Below are positions 40,505 through 50,194 of a stretch of 64,000 nt of DNA, in pieces. The first letter of the stretch is position 1; the number at the start of each line of letters is the position of its first letter. The stretch covers positions 593,311-657,310 of the forward strand of contig JBEPZY010000003.1 in assembly GCA_041640595.1 (NCBI GenBank). Reading direction: 5' to 3'. This DNA comes from Gemmatales bacterium (GTDB lineage: Bacteria; Planctomycetota; Planctomycetia; Gemmatales; HRBIN36). Under the pieces are notes generated by a model, which saw only the letters and a program-made list of their open reading frames with translations, did no database searches and was not told the origin of the DNA. Made by a program: the position numbers and the translations under genes.

Positions 40505-40870
40505 ATGCGCCTTTACGATGTGGCCACGGCTCGCAGCGGCGATAAAGGTAATCACGCTAATATAGGCGTGCTGGCACGCTTTCCGCAAGCGTATGATTTT
40601 CTTAGACATTATTTGTCAGCGGAGCGAGTGGCACATTATTTCGCAACGCTCCATCCCCGGCGCGTAGAGCGTTACGAGGCCCCGAATTTGCTGGGACTAA
40701 ATTTCGTACTATACGACGTGCTGGCCGGTGGTGCGGCTCGATCATTGCGACTCGATAGCCAGGGGAAAACACTTGCCGGGGCATTATTAGAGATGGAAAT
40801 TCCAGACGAACTGGTCGCTATCCATCTATCCGGTCGTGGAAGTGAAACTTCTGCACAGGCGAAGTGCTAA
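40505..40870 (+). CDS. Small AtuA C-terminal-like protein
   Basis: ARSGDKGNHANIG and LDSQGKTL motifs. Confidence 0.88.
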   Translation: MRLYDVATARSGDKGNHANIGVLARFPQAYDFLRHYLSAERVAHYFATLHPRRVERYEAPNLLGLNFVLYDVLAGGAARSLRLDSQGKTLAGALLEMEIPDELVAIHLSGRGSETSAQAKC

Positions 40871-40893
40871 GCTTTATCGGGAGTGAGTATGCT

Positions 40894-42117
40894 ATGAAGT
40901 ATGCGATCATCATTCCGGATGGTGCCGCGGATGAGCCTCAGGCCGAATTAGGCGGTCGCACGCCATTGCAGGCGGCTCGTAAACCGAATCTCGATCGGCT
41001 GGCGCAGATGGGGCGATTAGGCCTCTCCAACAACGTGCCGGATCAGTTTACACCCGCCAGCGATGTGGCGACGCTTAGCCTTTTCGGTTACGATCCAGTG
41101 CGTTACTATACCGGTCGAGCTCCTCTGGAAGCTGCCGCTCAGGGAATATCGCTTGGTCCTCATGACTGGGCTATACGTTGTAATCTCGTTTACGTGGAAA
41201 ATGAAGAGATGCGCGACTTTACTGCCGGGCATATTAGTTCGGAAGAAGCGCGGGAATTAATGGCCACCTTACAGCAAGCATTAGGCACCGCGAGCTGGCA
41301 ATTTATCCCTGGCGTAAGCTACCGTAATCTGCTTATCTATCGAGGCAGTGAGAAGCCTCTTTTCGGGCCGGATACTAAGACTCAACCACCTCACGATATT
41401 CCTGACCGACCGATTGCCGGCTATCTTCCCACAGGACCGGGAAGCGAATGGTTGCGCGATCTAATGACGCGCAGCCGTGAGGTGCTCCGCGATCATCCGG
41501 TCAATGCCCGACGCCGACAATCAGGCAAGCGTCCAGCTACGCAAATCTGGCTGTGGGGATTAGGTCAGGCACCGTCTCTAACACCGTTCCAGCAACTGTA
41601 CGGGAAACGCGGAGCCATTATCACCGCCGTGGATTTAGTGCGCGGTGTGGGCGTTTTGCTCGGCTGGAAACGTATAGATGTTCCGGGAGCCACTGGATAT
41701 ATAGATACCGATTACGCAGCCAAGGGAAGATTCGCAGTATCGGCTCTGGCTGATTATGACTTAGTCTGTGTCCATATCGAAGCACCGGATGAGGCTTCCC
41801 ATGAGGGGAAGGCAGACGTCAAGGTATGGACAATCGAGCAAATAGATGAACATATTGTCGGCCCAATCGCTGAAGCGCTGGCGCAATACCCATCCTGGAG
41901 AATCTGGGTTTCTCCTGACCACCGCACCACTTTACGAACGCGAGCCCATGCTCGAGGATTCGTGCCCTGGGTTATGGCAGGCACTAATATTTCAGCGGAA
42001 GGATTTAGAAGCTACGATGAAAGCGAAGCAGAAAAAACACGCTGGCGCTTCGATCAAGGGTGGCAAGTGATGCGAAAGTTCCTGGGACAGGAGAGCGACC
42101 ATGAAACTCCTTTATGA
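40894..42117 (+). CDS. apgM: Cofactor-independent phosphoglycerate mutase (ApgM type)
   Basis: PDGAAD, TPLQAA, GRAPLEA, EAPDEASH and PDH motifs. Confidence 0.9.
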   Translation: MKYAIIIPDGAADEPQAELGGRTPLQAARKPNLDRLAQMGRLGLSNNVPDQFTPASDVATLSLFGYDPVRYYTGRAPLEAAAQGISLGPHDWAIRCNLVYVENEEMRDFTAGHISSEEARELMATLQQALGTASWQFIPGVSYRNLLIYRGSEKPLFGPDTKTQPPHDIPDRPIAGYLPTGPGSEWLRDLMTRSREVLRDHPVNARRRQSGKRPATQIWLWGLGQAPSLTPFQQLYGKRGAIITAVDLVRGVGVLLGWKRIDVPGATGYIDTDYAAKGRFAVSALADYDLVCVHIEAPDEASHEGKADVKVWTIEQIDEHIVGPIAEALAQYPSWRIWVSPDHRTTLRTRAHARGFVPWVMAGTNISAEGFRSYDESEAEKTRWRFDQGWQVMRKFLGQESDHETPL

Positions 42118-42922
42118 TCAGATTCAGGAGGCGGTAGCTGCAATCCGGAATCAATGGCCTGGCCAGCCCCGCTTCGGTATTATTCTCGGCACCGGTCTGG
42201 GCGGCGTAACTCAGGAAGTGGAAGCAGAAGTGGTTTTGCCTTACGAAACGATCCCTTATTTTCCGCGTGCCACCAGTATTAGTCACGCCGGCAACCTGAT
42301 CTGCGGGTACTGGCAGGGGCGTTGCGTTGTACTCATGGAAGGACGGTTCCACTATTATGAAGGTTATACGATGCAGCAGATTACTTTTCCGGTGCGGGTG
42401 ATGCGTGCCCTGGGTTGCGAAATCCTTATTGTTACCAATGCCTGCGGTGGCCTGAATCCGCAATGGCAAAAAGGTGACTTAGTCTTGATCGAAGACCATA
42501 TCAATCTCATGGGCGATAACCCCTTAATTGGCCCGAATGATGACCGACTGGGGCCACGGTTTCCGGACATGTGCTACGCCTACGACCGGGAGTTATTAGC
42601 CCTGGCTGAACGAATCGCCTTAGAAGAACAGATTCGGGCCCATCGCGGAGTGTATGTAGCCCTGACAGGGCCGAACTTAGAAACGCGAGCGGAATATAGG
42701 TTCCTGAGGATTATCGGTGCCGATGTGGTCGGCATGTCCACGGTGCCGGAGGTGATCGTGGCCGTGCATTGTGGCCTGCGCAGTCTCGGAATTTCCGTCA
42801 TAACCGATATGTGCCTGCCGGATGCCTTGCAGCCGGTTTCGGTGGCGGAAATTCTTGCCACCGCAGCCCAGGCGGAAAAACCTTTACGCACCTTGATTCG
42901 GCGGGTGGTTGCGGAAGCCTGA
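42101..42922 (+). CDS. punA: Purine-nucleoside phosphorylase (trimeric type)
   Basis: ILGTGLG, GRFHYYEG, TNACGG and VGMSTVPE motifs. Confidence 0.93.
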   Translation: MKLLYDQIQEAVAAIRNQWPGQPRFGIILGTGLGGVTQEVEAEVVLPYETIPYFPRATSISHAGNLICGYWQGRCVVLMEGRFHYYEGYTMQQITFPVRVMRALGCEILIVTNACGGLNPQWQKGDLVLIEDHINLMGDNPLIGPNDDRLGPRFPDMCYAYDRELLALAERIALEEQIRAHRGVYVALTGPNLETRAEYRFLRIIGADVVGMSTVPEVIVAVHCGLRSLGISVITDMCLPDALQPVSVAEILATAAQAEKPLRTLIRRVVAEA

Positions 42923-43034
42923 GCCGGAACCTAGACCAGCAGCGATGTCCTGATCGGCCTGGCCAGAATTGTGACCAGATTGGGCAATCTAATTCTCATC
43001 AGCACATTCGAGAAAATCATCTAAGCATCTGCCC

Positions 43035-43745
43035 ATGCGAATACGTACTTGGATTTTCTTTGGCTTTACGCTGTTTTTCCCCTTGGTGGCGGCACTCTTC
43101 TATTTTGTGTTTTTTGCGGGCAGTGCCTGGATGAGGCCCACGTATATCGTGGCGAAAGTGGTTCAGTTTTCCTTTCCTCTCGTATATAGTCACTGGATAG
43201 CCCGGCGATCGATCAGCGTTCGTGCGCCGGAGCGACGGGCTTTGTTAATCGGCCTGCTGTTAGGGGTAATTCTGGGCGCTGTGATCCTGGGTGCATATTA
43301 CGGCCATTATAGCCGCCAGGAATGGATGCAACAGGTCGCTCAGGAGGTATGGATTAAAATCACGGAGATCGGTGTGGAAACGCCTCTCCGATTCCTCGGC
43401 CTCGCTTTATTCCTCAGCATTGTCCATGCGCTGTTAGAAGAATATTACTGGCGATGGTTCACTTATACGGAGCTATCGCGCTTGCTGTCGGCGTGGCTCT
43501 CTGCCCTTATTACCAACGTTGCTTTCACCCTGCACCATATAGTCGTGCTGGCTGTTTATGTACCGGCGATGTACTTCTGGCCCCACGGCGTGCTGTTCAG
43601 TCTTGGCATATTAGTCGGTGGCATTATCTGGTCGCTCCTTTACCGATATACTGGTAGTATTTATAGTGCCTGGTGCAGTGATGCAGTTGTGGACCTGGCG
43701 CTTATGTATATCGGCTACGATCTTTGTCGGGGATACTGGCGATGA
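43035..43745 (+). CDS. CPBP (Abi/CAAX) family intramembrane protease-like protein
   Basis: EEYYWR and FTLHH motifs; multiple TM helices. Confidence 0.85.
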   Translation: MRIRTWIFFGFTLFFPLVAALFYFVFFAGSAWMRPTYIVAKVVQFSFPLVYSHWIARRSISVRAPERRALLIGLLLGVILGAVILGAYYGHYSRQEWMQQVAQEVWIKITEIGVETPLRFLGLALFLSIVHALLEEYYWRWFTYTELSRLLSAWLSALITNVAFTLHHIVVLAVYVPAMYFWPHGVLFSLGILVGGIIWSLLYRYTGSIYSAWCSDAVVDLALMYIGYDLCRGYWR

Positions 43746-44308
43746 ACGAGCTATCGGCGATGCGGCAGCGCTTATTAGAGCTGGTGCGACGACGGGCGTT
43801 ACGCTTGGGCGAGATCGTTTTGGCTTCGGGCCAGAAAAGTTCCTTTTATATTGATTGCAAGATGGTATTGCTGCAGTCGGAAGGTGCAGCGCTGGTTGGC
43901 GAGCTGGTTTATGAAATGACGAAAGATTTAGAATTGGATGCGCTCGGCGGGCCGGAAGTGGGTGCGATCCCTATCACGACGGCAGCGGTAATCGCTTATC
44001 ACCGTCATGGGCGCAGCATGGAGGGATTTTTTGTCCGTAAGGCCGTGAAAGAGCATGGCACACAGAAAAAAATCGAGGGCCAATTCGAGCCCGGTTATCG
44101 TGTCTGTCTGCTGGAGGACGTAACTACCACGGGCACATCTTCGCTGCAGGTTGCTGAGACCATTGAGCAGGCAGGAGGGAAAATCGTTTGCGTGGTTGCC
44201 GTGCTGGATCGGGAACAAGGCGCTGCAGAACGATTCGCTGCCCGAGGACTAAGCTTTCTGCCGATTTTGCGGCTGCATGAACTGGGACTGTCTCCAGAAA
44301 CTAAGTAA
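43742..44308 (+). CDS. pyrE: Orotate phosphoribosyltransferase
   Basis: LASGQKSSFYID, RKAVKEHG and LEDVTTTGTS (PRPP-binding) motifs. Confidence 0.95.
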   Translation: MNELSAMRQRLLELVRRRALRLGEIVLASGQKSSFYIDCKMVLLQSEGAALVGELVYEMTKDLELDALGGPEVGAIPITTAAVIAYHRHGRSMEGFFVRKAVKEHGTQKKIEGQFEPGYRVCLLEDVTTTGTSSLQVAETIEQAGGKIVCVVAVLDREQGAAERFAARGLSFLPILRLHELGLSPETK

Positions 44309-44383
44309 TCTGATCTGGTGCACTAAAGCCCGAGCTACTGGGGTAGTGGTCAGAGAGTCAGTGACGGCAACTAAGGAGGGCTT

Positions 44384-45727
44384 ATGAGGACTAAACTTTT
44401 CAGCCCGGTGGCTATGTTAGTTTTGTTCGGTCTGGCTGGCCTGGGTTCTTATCACATTCTGGCCGAGCAGGAATTAGAGGGTCAAAAAGCAGTGTTGTCA
44501 TCGGCGGAAAAACTGTTGCCGTATTTCGCGGAGGCTCCCGATGCGAACTTGCCTAAGCATTTCACCAGCACTTTCGTAAAGGCGATCTCAGCGGCACAGA
44601 TAGACTTAGCAGCTATATTCCGCGACTTATATGCTAAATATGGTCGGGCTCAATCGGTGCGACTGGTACGCATGGTAAAACCTTATCGGGGGGAGGTGGA
44701 ATTTGTCTTTGAGAAAAACGTCGTTGTCCCGGCTCTTATCGAGGTGGAGGCTCAGCCGCCGCATGCGATTGCCACACTGTATTTTCGCGGCGCCCAGCGT
44801 GATCAGGAAGATGGGCCGACGCTCCTGCGTGAACTGCAACGGTTGCCCGGGCGGGTGAGTTTCTGCTGTCAGCGTTTGCATCCCGAACCGCTGCGGGTCC
44901 TGGAGTATCAGGCCGACGAAACTTTAGCAGTGGGATCGGTGTTCAAACTGGTGGTGTTGTCGGCGGTGGCAGAGGAAATTCAGTCCGGTCGTCGGCAGTG
45001 GAAGGATGTCGAACAGGTTCGGAAAGCCTGGGCTTCGCTACCGGCGGGCTTATTGCATGACTGGCCAGACGGTGCACCGCTCACGTGGTTTACCCTGGCC
45101 GCTCTGATGATAAGCCAGAGCGACAACACAGCGGCAGACCACGTCATGCACCTGCTGGGTCGTGAACGCATGGAGCAGCAGCAACGTCGGCTGGGCGTGC
45201 GCCATCCGGAACGCAATCAGCCGTTCCTGACAACGGCGGAACTGTTCAAGCTCAAGCTGGTGTTGCCCCCGGCCGAGCTGGAAACTTATATCCAGTCCAG
45301 TGCCGAGCAGCGGCGAAAGTTTCTGGAGACTAAGGTAAGACCGCTCTCGCTGGAACGGCCTCGACCGCTGAGTGAGCCGCAACGAATTGAGGAAATCGAA
45401 TGGTTTTACTCGGCGGCGGATGTGTGCCGCATCCTCGACCATTTGCGGTGTCAGAGCGAGAAAGTGCCGGAAATCCTGGACATTCTCGCGCTGAATCCCG
45501 GTCTGCCGGTCAACCGCCGCTACTGGGAATACGTGGGCTATAAAGGCGGAGCGGAGCCGGGCGTGCTGGCTTACGCATTGCTGTTACGCAATCGTAGCGG
45601 GCACTGGTTCAGTTTCGCCCTGATATGGAACAATCCCCGCGAAGCCGTGGAAGCCACACAACTGCACACGCTGGCACTACGGTTGCTCCGCTATGTCGAG
45701 CAGAACTATCCGCTGACCAACAAATAA
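44384..45727 (+). CDS. Exported serine hydrolase with a class A beta-lactamase-like fold
   Basis: SxxK (GSVFK), SDN and KGG motifs; N-terminal signal and extra domain. Confidence 0.88.
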   Translation: MRTKLFSPVAMLVLFGLAGLGSYHILAEQELEGQKAVLSSAEKLLPYFAEAPDANLPKHFTSTFVKAISAAQIDLAAIFRDLYAKYGRAQSVRLVRMVKPYRGEVEFVFEKNVVVPALIEVEAQPPHAIATLYFRGAQRDQEDGPTLLRELQRLPGRVSFCCQRLHPEPLRVLEYQADETLAVGSVFKLVVLSAVAEEIQSGRRQWKDVEQVRKAWASLPAGLLHDWPDGAPLTWFTLAALMISQSDNTAADHVMHLLGRERMEQQQRRLGVRHPERNQPFLTTAELFKLKLVLPPAELETYIQSSAEQRRKFLETKVRPLSLERPRPLSEPQRIEEIEWFYSAADVCRILDHLRCQSEKVPEILDILALNPGLPVNRRYWEYVGYKGGAEPGVLAYALLLRNRSGHWFSFALIWNNPREAVEATQLHTLALRLLRYVEQNYPLTNK

Positions 45728-45787
45728 CGGGCTCGGTTCGGACAGTATCGTCGCATGAACAAGTCGGCATCGTCGCGGACTCATCAA

Positions 45788-45873
45788 TGCCGAAGGTGGG
45801 AGTCGAACCCACACGGGGTGTAAGCCCCACCGGATTTTGAGTCCGGCGCGTCTGCCAATTCCGCCACTTCGGC
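45788..45873 (-). tRNA. tRNA-Leu(CAA)
   Basis: GCCGAAG acceptor stem, CCGGA-CTCAAAA-TCCGG anticodon arm, long variable arm, GTTCGA T-loop; CCA not encoded. Confidence 0.96.
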
Positions 45874-45884
45874 TCTCGGTGTTA

Positions 45885-45893
45885 ATTATAGCA
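45885..45893 (-). promoter_or_regulatory. Extended -10 promoter of tRNA-Leu
   Basis: TGCTATAAT 11 nt upstream of the tRNA. Confidence 0.6.
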
Positions 45894-45920
45894 ACGGGGA
45901 AATACGTGGGCAGGCGAAGT

Positions 45921-46013
45921 GTGTGGCTTTTACTGTGGGATCGGCTGGGGTTAATCAAAAGCCCTTTTCGTACACATGCCAGCAACAGTGTGGCTTTCAC
46001 TGTGGGATCGGCT
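45921..46013. repeat. Pair of 26-bp direct repeats (67-bp period)
   Basis: GTGTGGCTTT(T/C)ACTGTGGGATCGGCT at 45921 and 45988. Confidence 0.85.
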
Positions 46014-46077
46014 AAGGGGTGCTGCGAAGAGGCGGAGTTCAGGTCACCGCTGGTGCGGTGCTGATACTGGCGGCGTG

Positions 46078-47472
46078 CTAATAGGCGTTGCGGTGCAGCA
46101 GGCCTCGCCAGATCGTCAACCACAAAATCCGCAGATCGAACCAGGGGTTCCAGTGAGTGAGGTAATACAGGTCGTATTGCAGCCGTTTGCGAAGCGAAGT
46201 ATCGCCACGCCAGCCGTTGACCTGGGCCCAACCGGTGATGCCGGCTTTGACGAGATGGCGAGCCATGTAGTGGGGAATGGTTTTGCGAAAGCGCTGGACG
46301 AAACAGGGACGTTCCGGGCGAGGCCCGACCAGACTCATATCACCTTTGAGGACGTTGAACAGTTGCGGAAGTTCATCGAGACTGGTTCGCCGCAACAATG
46401 CTCCGAACCACGTCCGTCGCGGGTCGTTGGGCCGAGTGAAAACCGGGCCGGTCTCCTTCTCGGCGTCAACTCGCATGGTGCGGAATTTCAACATTTGAAA
46501 AGTCTTGCCATCCAGGCCACAACGCTCCTGCCGGTACAACACCGGGCCGCGACTGGTCAGCTTGATCATGACCGCGATCAGCAGCATGAGCGGCGAGAGC
46601 AGAATAATCGCCAGCAGTGACAGCACGATGTCCATGAGCCGTTTGACGACGCGATTCAAACCGAAATAAGGACTTTCGCGGAGGTGTACCAGGGTCATGC
46701 CGTCAAACTGAGTCGTGTCCAGGGAAAACGGAGCCAGGCTGGGCGTGTCCACGACCAGACGCACTTCCGCAAGCGAATCGGCCAGCAGGGCGAACACCCG
46801 ACGAGCGTCATCAAATCGGTGGAAGGGGAGAGCAATAAAGACCTGGCGAATCCCTTTTTCTTCGACCAGCCGCGGCAGATCGGCAATGGTTCCGACCAGA
46901 TACAGGTCGCTAATCCAGCGGCTGGGCCGATCGTCCACATAGCCATACAGCCGCAGTCCCGTCCAGCGATGGCGAACCAGCGCCCGGGCAAATCGCCGGG
47001 CAGTGCGTCCGGTACCGACAATGACCACCGGAACGGTGTTGTATCCCCGTCGGCGTAAGGCTCGCAGTCCCGCCCAGACGCTGCGGCGACCCAGCAGCGT
47101 CAGGCCGAACAGGAACAGTCCGAAATAGGCCAGGGTCAGGCGCGAATCGTATTCCTGCTTGGTAAAAAAGAGCAGAGCCAGAACGAATAGCACCGCCAAA
47201 GTGGTCCCGCGAAGCAACCCCACCAGCTCTTCCCGAAACCGGCGTAAACGCTGAACCTCGTAAAGCCCGGCGACCCGGAAGGCGAGCAAAGTGGCGACGA
47301 CGACCAGCGGCGTTAGTCGCCAGCAAATCGTCCACGACGGAGGTGCGTGAAACAAGGGAACCGGCCAGCCGACAATCCGCAGCGCATAAGCCAGCAACCA
47401 GGCGGCTGCGGTCAGACAGGCGTCCAGCCCCAGCAATACCCACAGGAGGGTTTGACTGACCTGGCGAATCAT
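46078..47472 (-). CDS. wcaJ: Undecaprenyl-phosphate glucose phosphotransferase (WcaJ-like)
   Basis: [26 protein letters not shown] and [10 protein letters not shown] motifs. Confidence 0.93.
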   Translation of the reverse strand: MIRQVSQTLLWVLLGLDACLTAAAWLLAYALRIVGWPVPLFHAPPSWTICWRLTPLVVVATLLAFRVAGLYEVQRLRRFREELVGLLRGTTLAVLFVLALLFFTKQEYDSRLTLAYFGLFLFGLTLLGRRSVWAGLRALRRRGYNTVPVVIVGTGRTARRFARALVRHRWTGLRLYGYVDDRPSRWISDLYLVGTIADLPRLVEEKGIRQVFIALPFHRFDDARRVFALLADSLAEVRLVVDTPSLAPFSLDTTQFDGMTLVHLRESPYFGLNRVVKRLMDIVLSLLAIILLSPLMLLIAVMIKLTSRGPVLYRQERCGLDGKTFQMLKFRTMRVDAEKETGPVFTRPNDPRRTWFGALLRRTSLDELPQLFNVLKGDMSLVGPRPERPCFVQRFRKTIPHYMARHLVKAGITGWAQVNGWRGDTSLRKRLQYDLYYLTHWNPWFDLRILWLTIWRGLLHRNAY

Positions 47473-47546
47473 CGGCTTGGTCCGTAATCGGTGATTAGTA
47501 TCGGTCGCGCTGCTTGCTCGTGCTCATCAAGCCGCCCGAACCGGCC

Positions 47547-47661
47547 GTTGCGGTAAGCAGCGGGGAAATGCCGGTCGCGCCGACTCAACATCTTCCTTTG
47601 TTGCCCGCGAGTCGCTACGTAGTTGCGGGAAGCAGCGGGGCAATGCCGGTCGCGCCGACTC
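47547..47661. repeat. Pair of 40-bp direct repeats (75-bp period)
   Basis: GTTGCGG(T/G)AAGCAGCGGGG(A/C)AATGCCGGTCGCGCCGACTC at 47547 and 47622. Confidence 0.85.
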
Positions 47662-47761
47662 GTTGTTCGCGTCATCAGCCGGGCACCATTTAGCGGCAAA
47701 CAACCAAATCTGTCAATGCCGCCCGGCCGACGGGGCCATTGATTTTTGCGGGAGTGGTTGA

Positions 47762-47775
47762 TATACATATGTACA
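47762..47775 (+). promoter_or_regulatory. Candidate LexA/SOS operator upstream of recA
   Basis: AT-rich palindrome TATAC-ATAT-GTACA about 40 nt before the recA ATG. Confidence 0.5.
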
Positions 47776-47815
47776 ACAGTCCTGCTTACCACCAAGCGGC
47801 AAAGGAGGAAACGGT

Positions 47816-48889
47816 ATGGCCACGGGAAGCAGCGGTGCGGACAATCGTGAACTCAAGCTGGCGTTGCAGCAGATCGAGAAACAGTTCGGCAAGGGGGCGA
47901 TCATGCAGCTAGGCGAGACCCCCGCGACCGACGTGGCCGGGATCAGCACGGGCGCGCTGAGCCTGGATATTGCCCTGGGCGGTCGGGGTCTGCCTCGCGG
48001 TCGCATTATCGAAATCTTTGGTCCTGAATCGAGCGGCAAAACCACCATCGCCCTGCATGCCATTGCCAACGCCCAGAAACAGGGAGGCGTGGCCGCCTTC
48101 ATTGATGCCGAGCATGCTCTCGATCCCGCCTGGGCCAAGCGTATCGGCGTGGACCTGGAAGGGCTGCTGGTCAGTCAACCTTCGTGTGGCGAGGAAGCTC
48201 TGAAGATCGCCGAGATGCTCGTGAAATCCAACGCGGTGGACATTATCGTCGTGGATTCCGTAGCGGCGCTGGTGCCGAAAGCGGAGGTGGAAGGCGAAAT
48301 CGGCGATTCCCATGTCGGTTTGCAAGCTCGACTCATGAGCCAGGCTCTCCGTGTGCTCACGCCCATCATTTCCCGCACCCGAACCTGCATGGTCTTCATC
48401 AACCAGATTCGCCAGCGGATCGGCGTCATGTTTGGCAATCCCGAGACGACGTCCGGCGGACTGGCGTTGAAGTTTTACAGTTCGGTGCGGCTGGAGGTGC
48501 GGAAAGTCACCAGCATCAAGGAAGGCGAAGAAGTGGTCGGCTCACGCATCCGTGCCAAGGTGGTCAAGAACAAAATCGCTCCGCCTTTCAAGAGTGCCGA
48601 ATTCGACCTGATGCACGATTCCGGTATCAGCCGCGAAGGCGATGTGCTCGACCTGGCCCTGGAAGACAAAATCGTGGACAAAAGCGGTGCGTGGTTACTT
48701 TACGGCCAGCACCGGCTTGGTCAGGGTCGGGAAAACGCCAAAGCCTTCCTCCGCGAACATCCGCAACTGCTGGAAGAACTGGCACGCAAAATCCTGCAGA
48801 AGCGGGGCCTGCTACCGGAAAGCACCGGCGATGGCAAATCCGAAGAAGCCGGCACCCGCTCACGCAAAACCGCCGACCGTTCCAGCTGA
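47816..48889 (+). CDS. recA: Recombinase RecA
   Basis: [29 protein letters not shown] and FINQIR motifs. Confidence 0.99.
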   Translation: MATGSSGADNRELKLALQQIEKQFGKGAIMQLGETPATDVAGISTGALSLDIALGGRGLPRGRIIEIFGPESSGKTTIALHAIANAQKQGGVAAFIDAEHALDPAWAKRIGVDLEGLLVSQPSCGEEALKIAEMLVKSNAVDIIVVDSVAALVPKAEVEGEIGDSHVGLQARLMSQALRVLTPIISRTRTCMVFINQIRQRIGVMFGNPETTSGGLALKFYSSVRLEVRKVTSIKEGEEVVGSRIRAKVVKNKIAPPFKSAEFDLMHDSGISREGDVLDLALEDKIVDKSGAWLLYGQHRLGQGRENAKAFLREHPQLLEELARKILQKRGLLPESTGDGKSEEAGTRSRKTADRSS

Positions 48890-48922
48890 CCGCACTTCGT
48901 CCCGCCACCGACCGATGGAGCA

Positions 48923-49912
48923 CTAGCCGGAACCAGCAGCAGTTGCTGGCCAGGCGACCAAACAGCATGGCCCGGGGGTGTCGCCGGTGAGCGTGGCTTG
49001 CGGTGCACAGGCCGGGAGTAAAGCGGCATGACCGGGGGGCAGTCGCACCGCATGGCCGTTCGCTGCGATGTTCAGGCTGTGCGACAAGGCCACAACAATG
49101 ACCGGAGCCTGTAACCGGTACGGTTCACGCAGATGCAGCCGATACAGCGTGAAATACGGACATTGCACGAGTTCCTCCAGACCGTTGCCGCGATCGATCG
49201 GCGTGGTAGGCCCGGCCTGGGGAGTGGACTCGTGTAGGACGGCCAGCCCAGCTTCGATATGCAGCGGTCGCGGTTTGCCGGAGGCGTCCACGCGGCCCCA
49301 ATCGTATAACCGAAAAGTGGCGTCGCTGGTTTGCTGCACCTCCAGCACACACACGCCAGCGCCCAAAGCGTGCACGGTACCGGCTGGCACAAAATAGCAC
49401 TGGCCCACCTTCGCCGGGTAAGTCTTCAAGCACAACGGCAGCGTGCCCAGAGGCAGTTCGCGTTGCAGCACTTCCCGAGTGATACCGGGTTTGAGACCGA
49501 GATAGATCGTGCCCTGCGGATCGGCATCGAGCACCAGCCAGGCTTCGGTTTTCCCGCCTTCCTGCGGTGCCCAGACCCGCGCCGCTGTATCGTCGGGATG
49601 CACCTGCACGGAAAGATTGTCGCGGGCGTCAATGAGTTTGACCAGCAGTGGAAAGCGCCGGCCGGGATAACCGAGAACAGCGACCGGCCAGCGTTGCACC
49701 AGTTCGCGCAAGCTAACTCCCGCTTCCGGAATGTTCACAATCCGACTGAAATGCAACGGGTGATCGCTGACCAGCCAGGCTTCGCCGATCGGTTCGGGCG
49801 ACGCCGGTCTGGCTAACCATTCGGCCAGGCGTGTTCCTCCCCACGGCATCGGGCGTAAGTAAGGCTCCAAAAGCAATGGCTGCCGAAGCCAGTCCGGTAA
49901 GCCTTCGCTCAT
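48923..49912 (-). CDS. manA: Class I mannose-6-phosphate isomerase (cupin)
   Basis: WGG, GEAW, LSVQVHP, KTEAW, GTVHA and EVQQTSD motifs. Confidence 0.9.
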   Translation of the reverse strand: MSEGLPDWLRQPLLLEPYLRPMPWGGTRLAEWLARPASPEPIGEAWLVSDHPLHFSRIVNIPEAGVSLRELVQRWPVAVLGYPGRRFPLLVKLIDARDNLSVQVHPDDTAARVWAPQEGGKTEAWLVLDADPQGTIYLGLKPGITREVLQRELPLGTLPLCLKTYPAKVGQCYFVPAGTVHALGAGVCVLEVQQTSDATFRLYDWGRVDASGKPRPLHIEAGLAVLHESTPQAGPTTPIDRGNGLEELVQCPYFTLYRLHLREPYRLQAPVIVVALSHSLNIAANGHAVRLPPGHAALLPACAPQATLTGDTPGPCCLVAWPATAAGSG

Positions 49913-49955
49913 GGGCCCACTCCCCGGGTTGCTTTCACCATGTCCGCAGCGAGAT

Positions 49956-50056
49956 TGCCTCGCGTCAATCCATGCGTGCGGGCATTTCCTGGCTGAAGAT
50001 GCCGGGATGTATCAGCCGACTCTGCCTCGCGTCAATCCATAGGTGCGGGCATTTCC
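49956..50056. repeat. Pair of 34-bp direct repeats (67-bp period)
   Basis: TGCCTCGCGTCAATCCAT(GC/AG)GTGCGGGCATTTCC at 49956 and 50023. Confidence 0.85.
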
Positions 50057-50194
50057 CCTTCTGACTGGGACGGGGTGCGCCACACCGCTGCGAGGATCAC
50101 GGTCGTTTATTTGCACCAGCGATCCAGTGGCCGCCTCGACCAGCGACCCGCGTTGCACCGGCAGAGCACGAAGGGTTTACGTTTCGCGCTGACG

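Noticed and set aside
44384..45727. Bona fide beta-lactam resistance gene
   Set aside because: Fold motifs are present, but the extra N-terminal domain and KGG motif fit non-resistance serine hydrolases; activity cannot be inferred.
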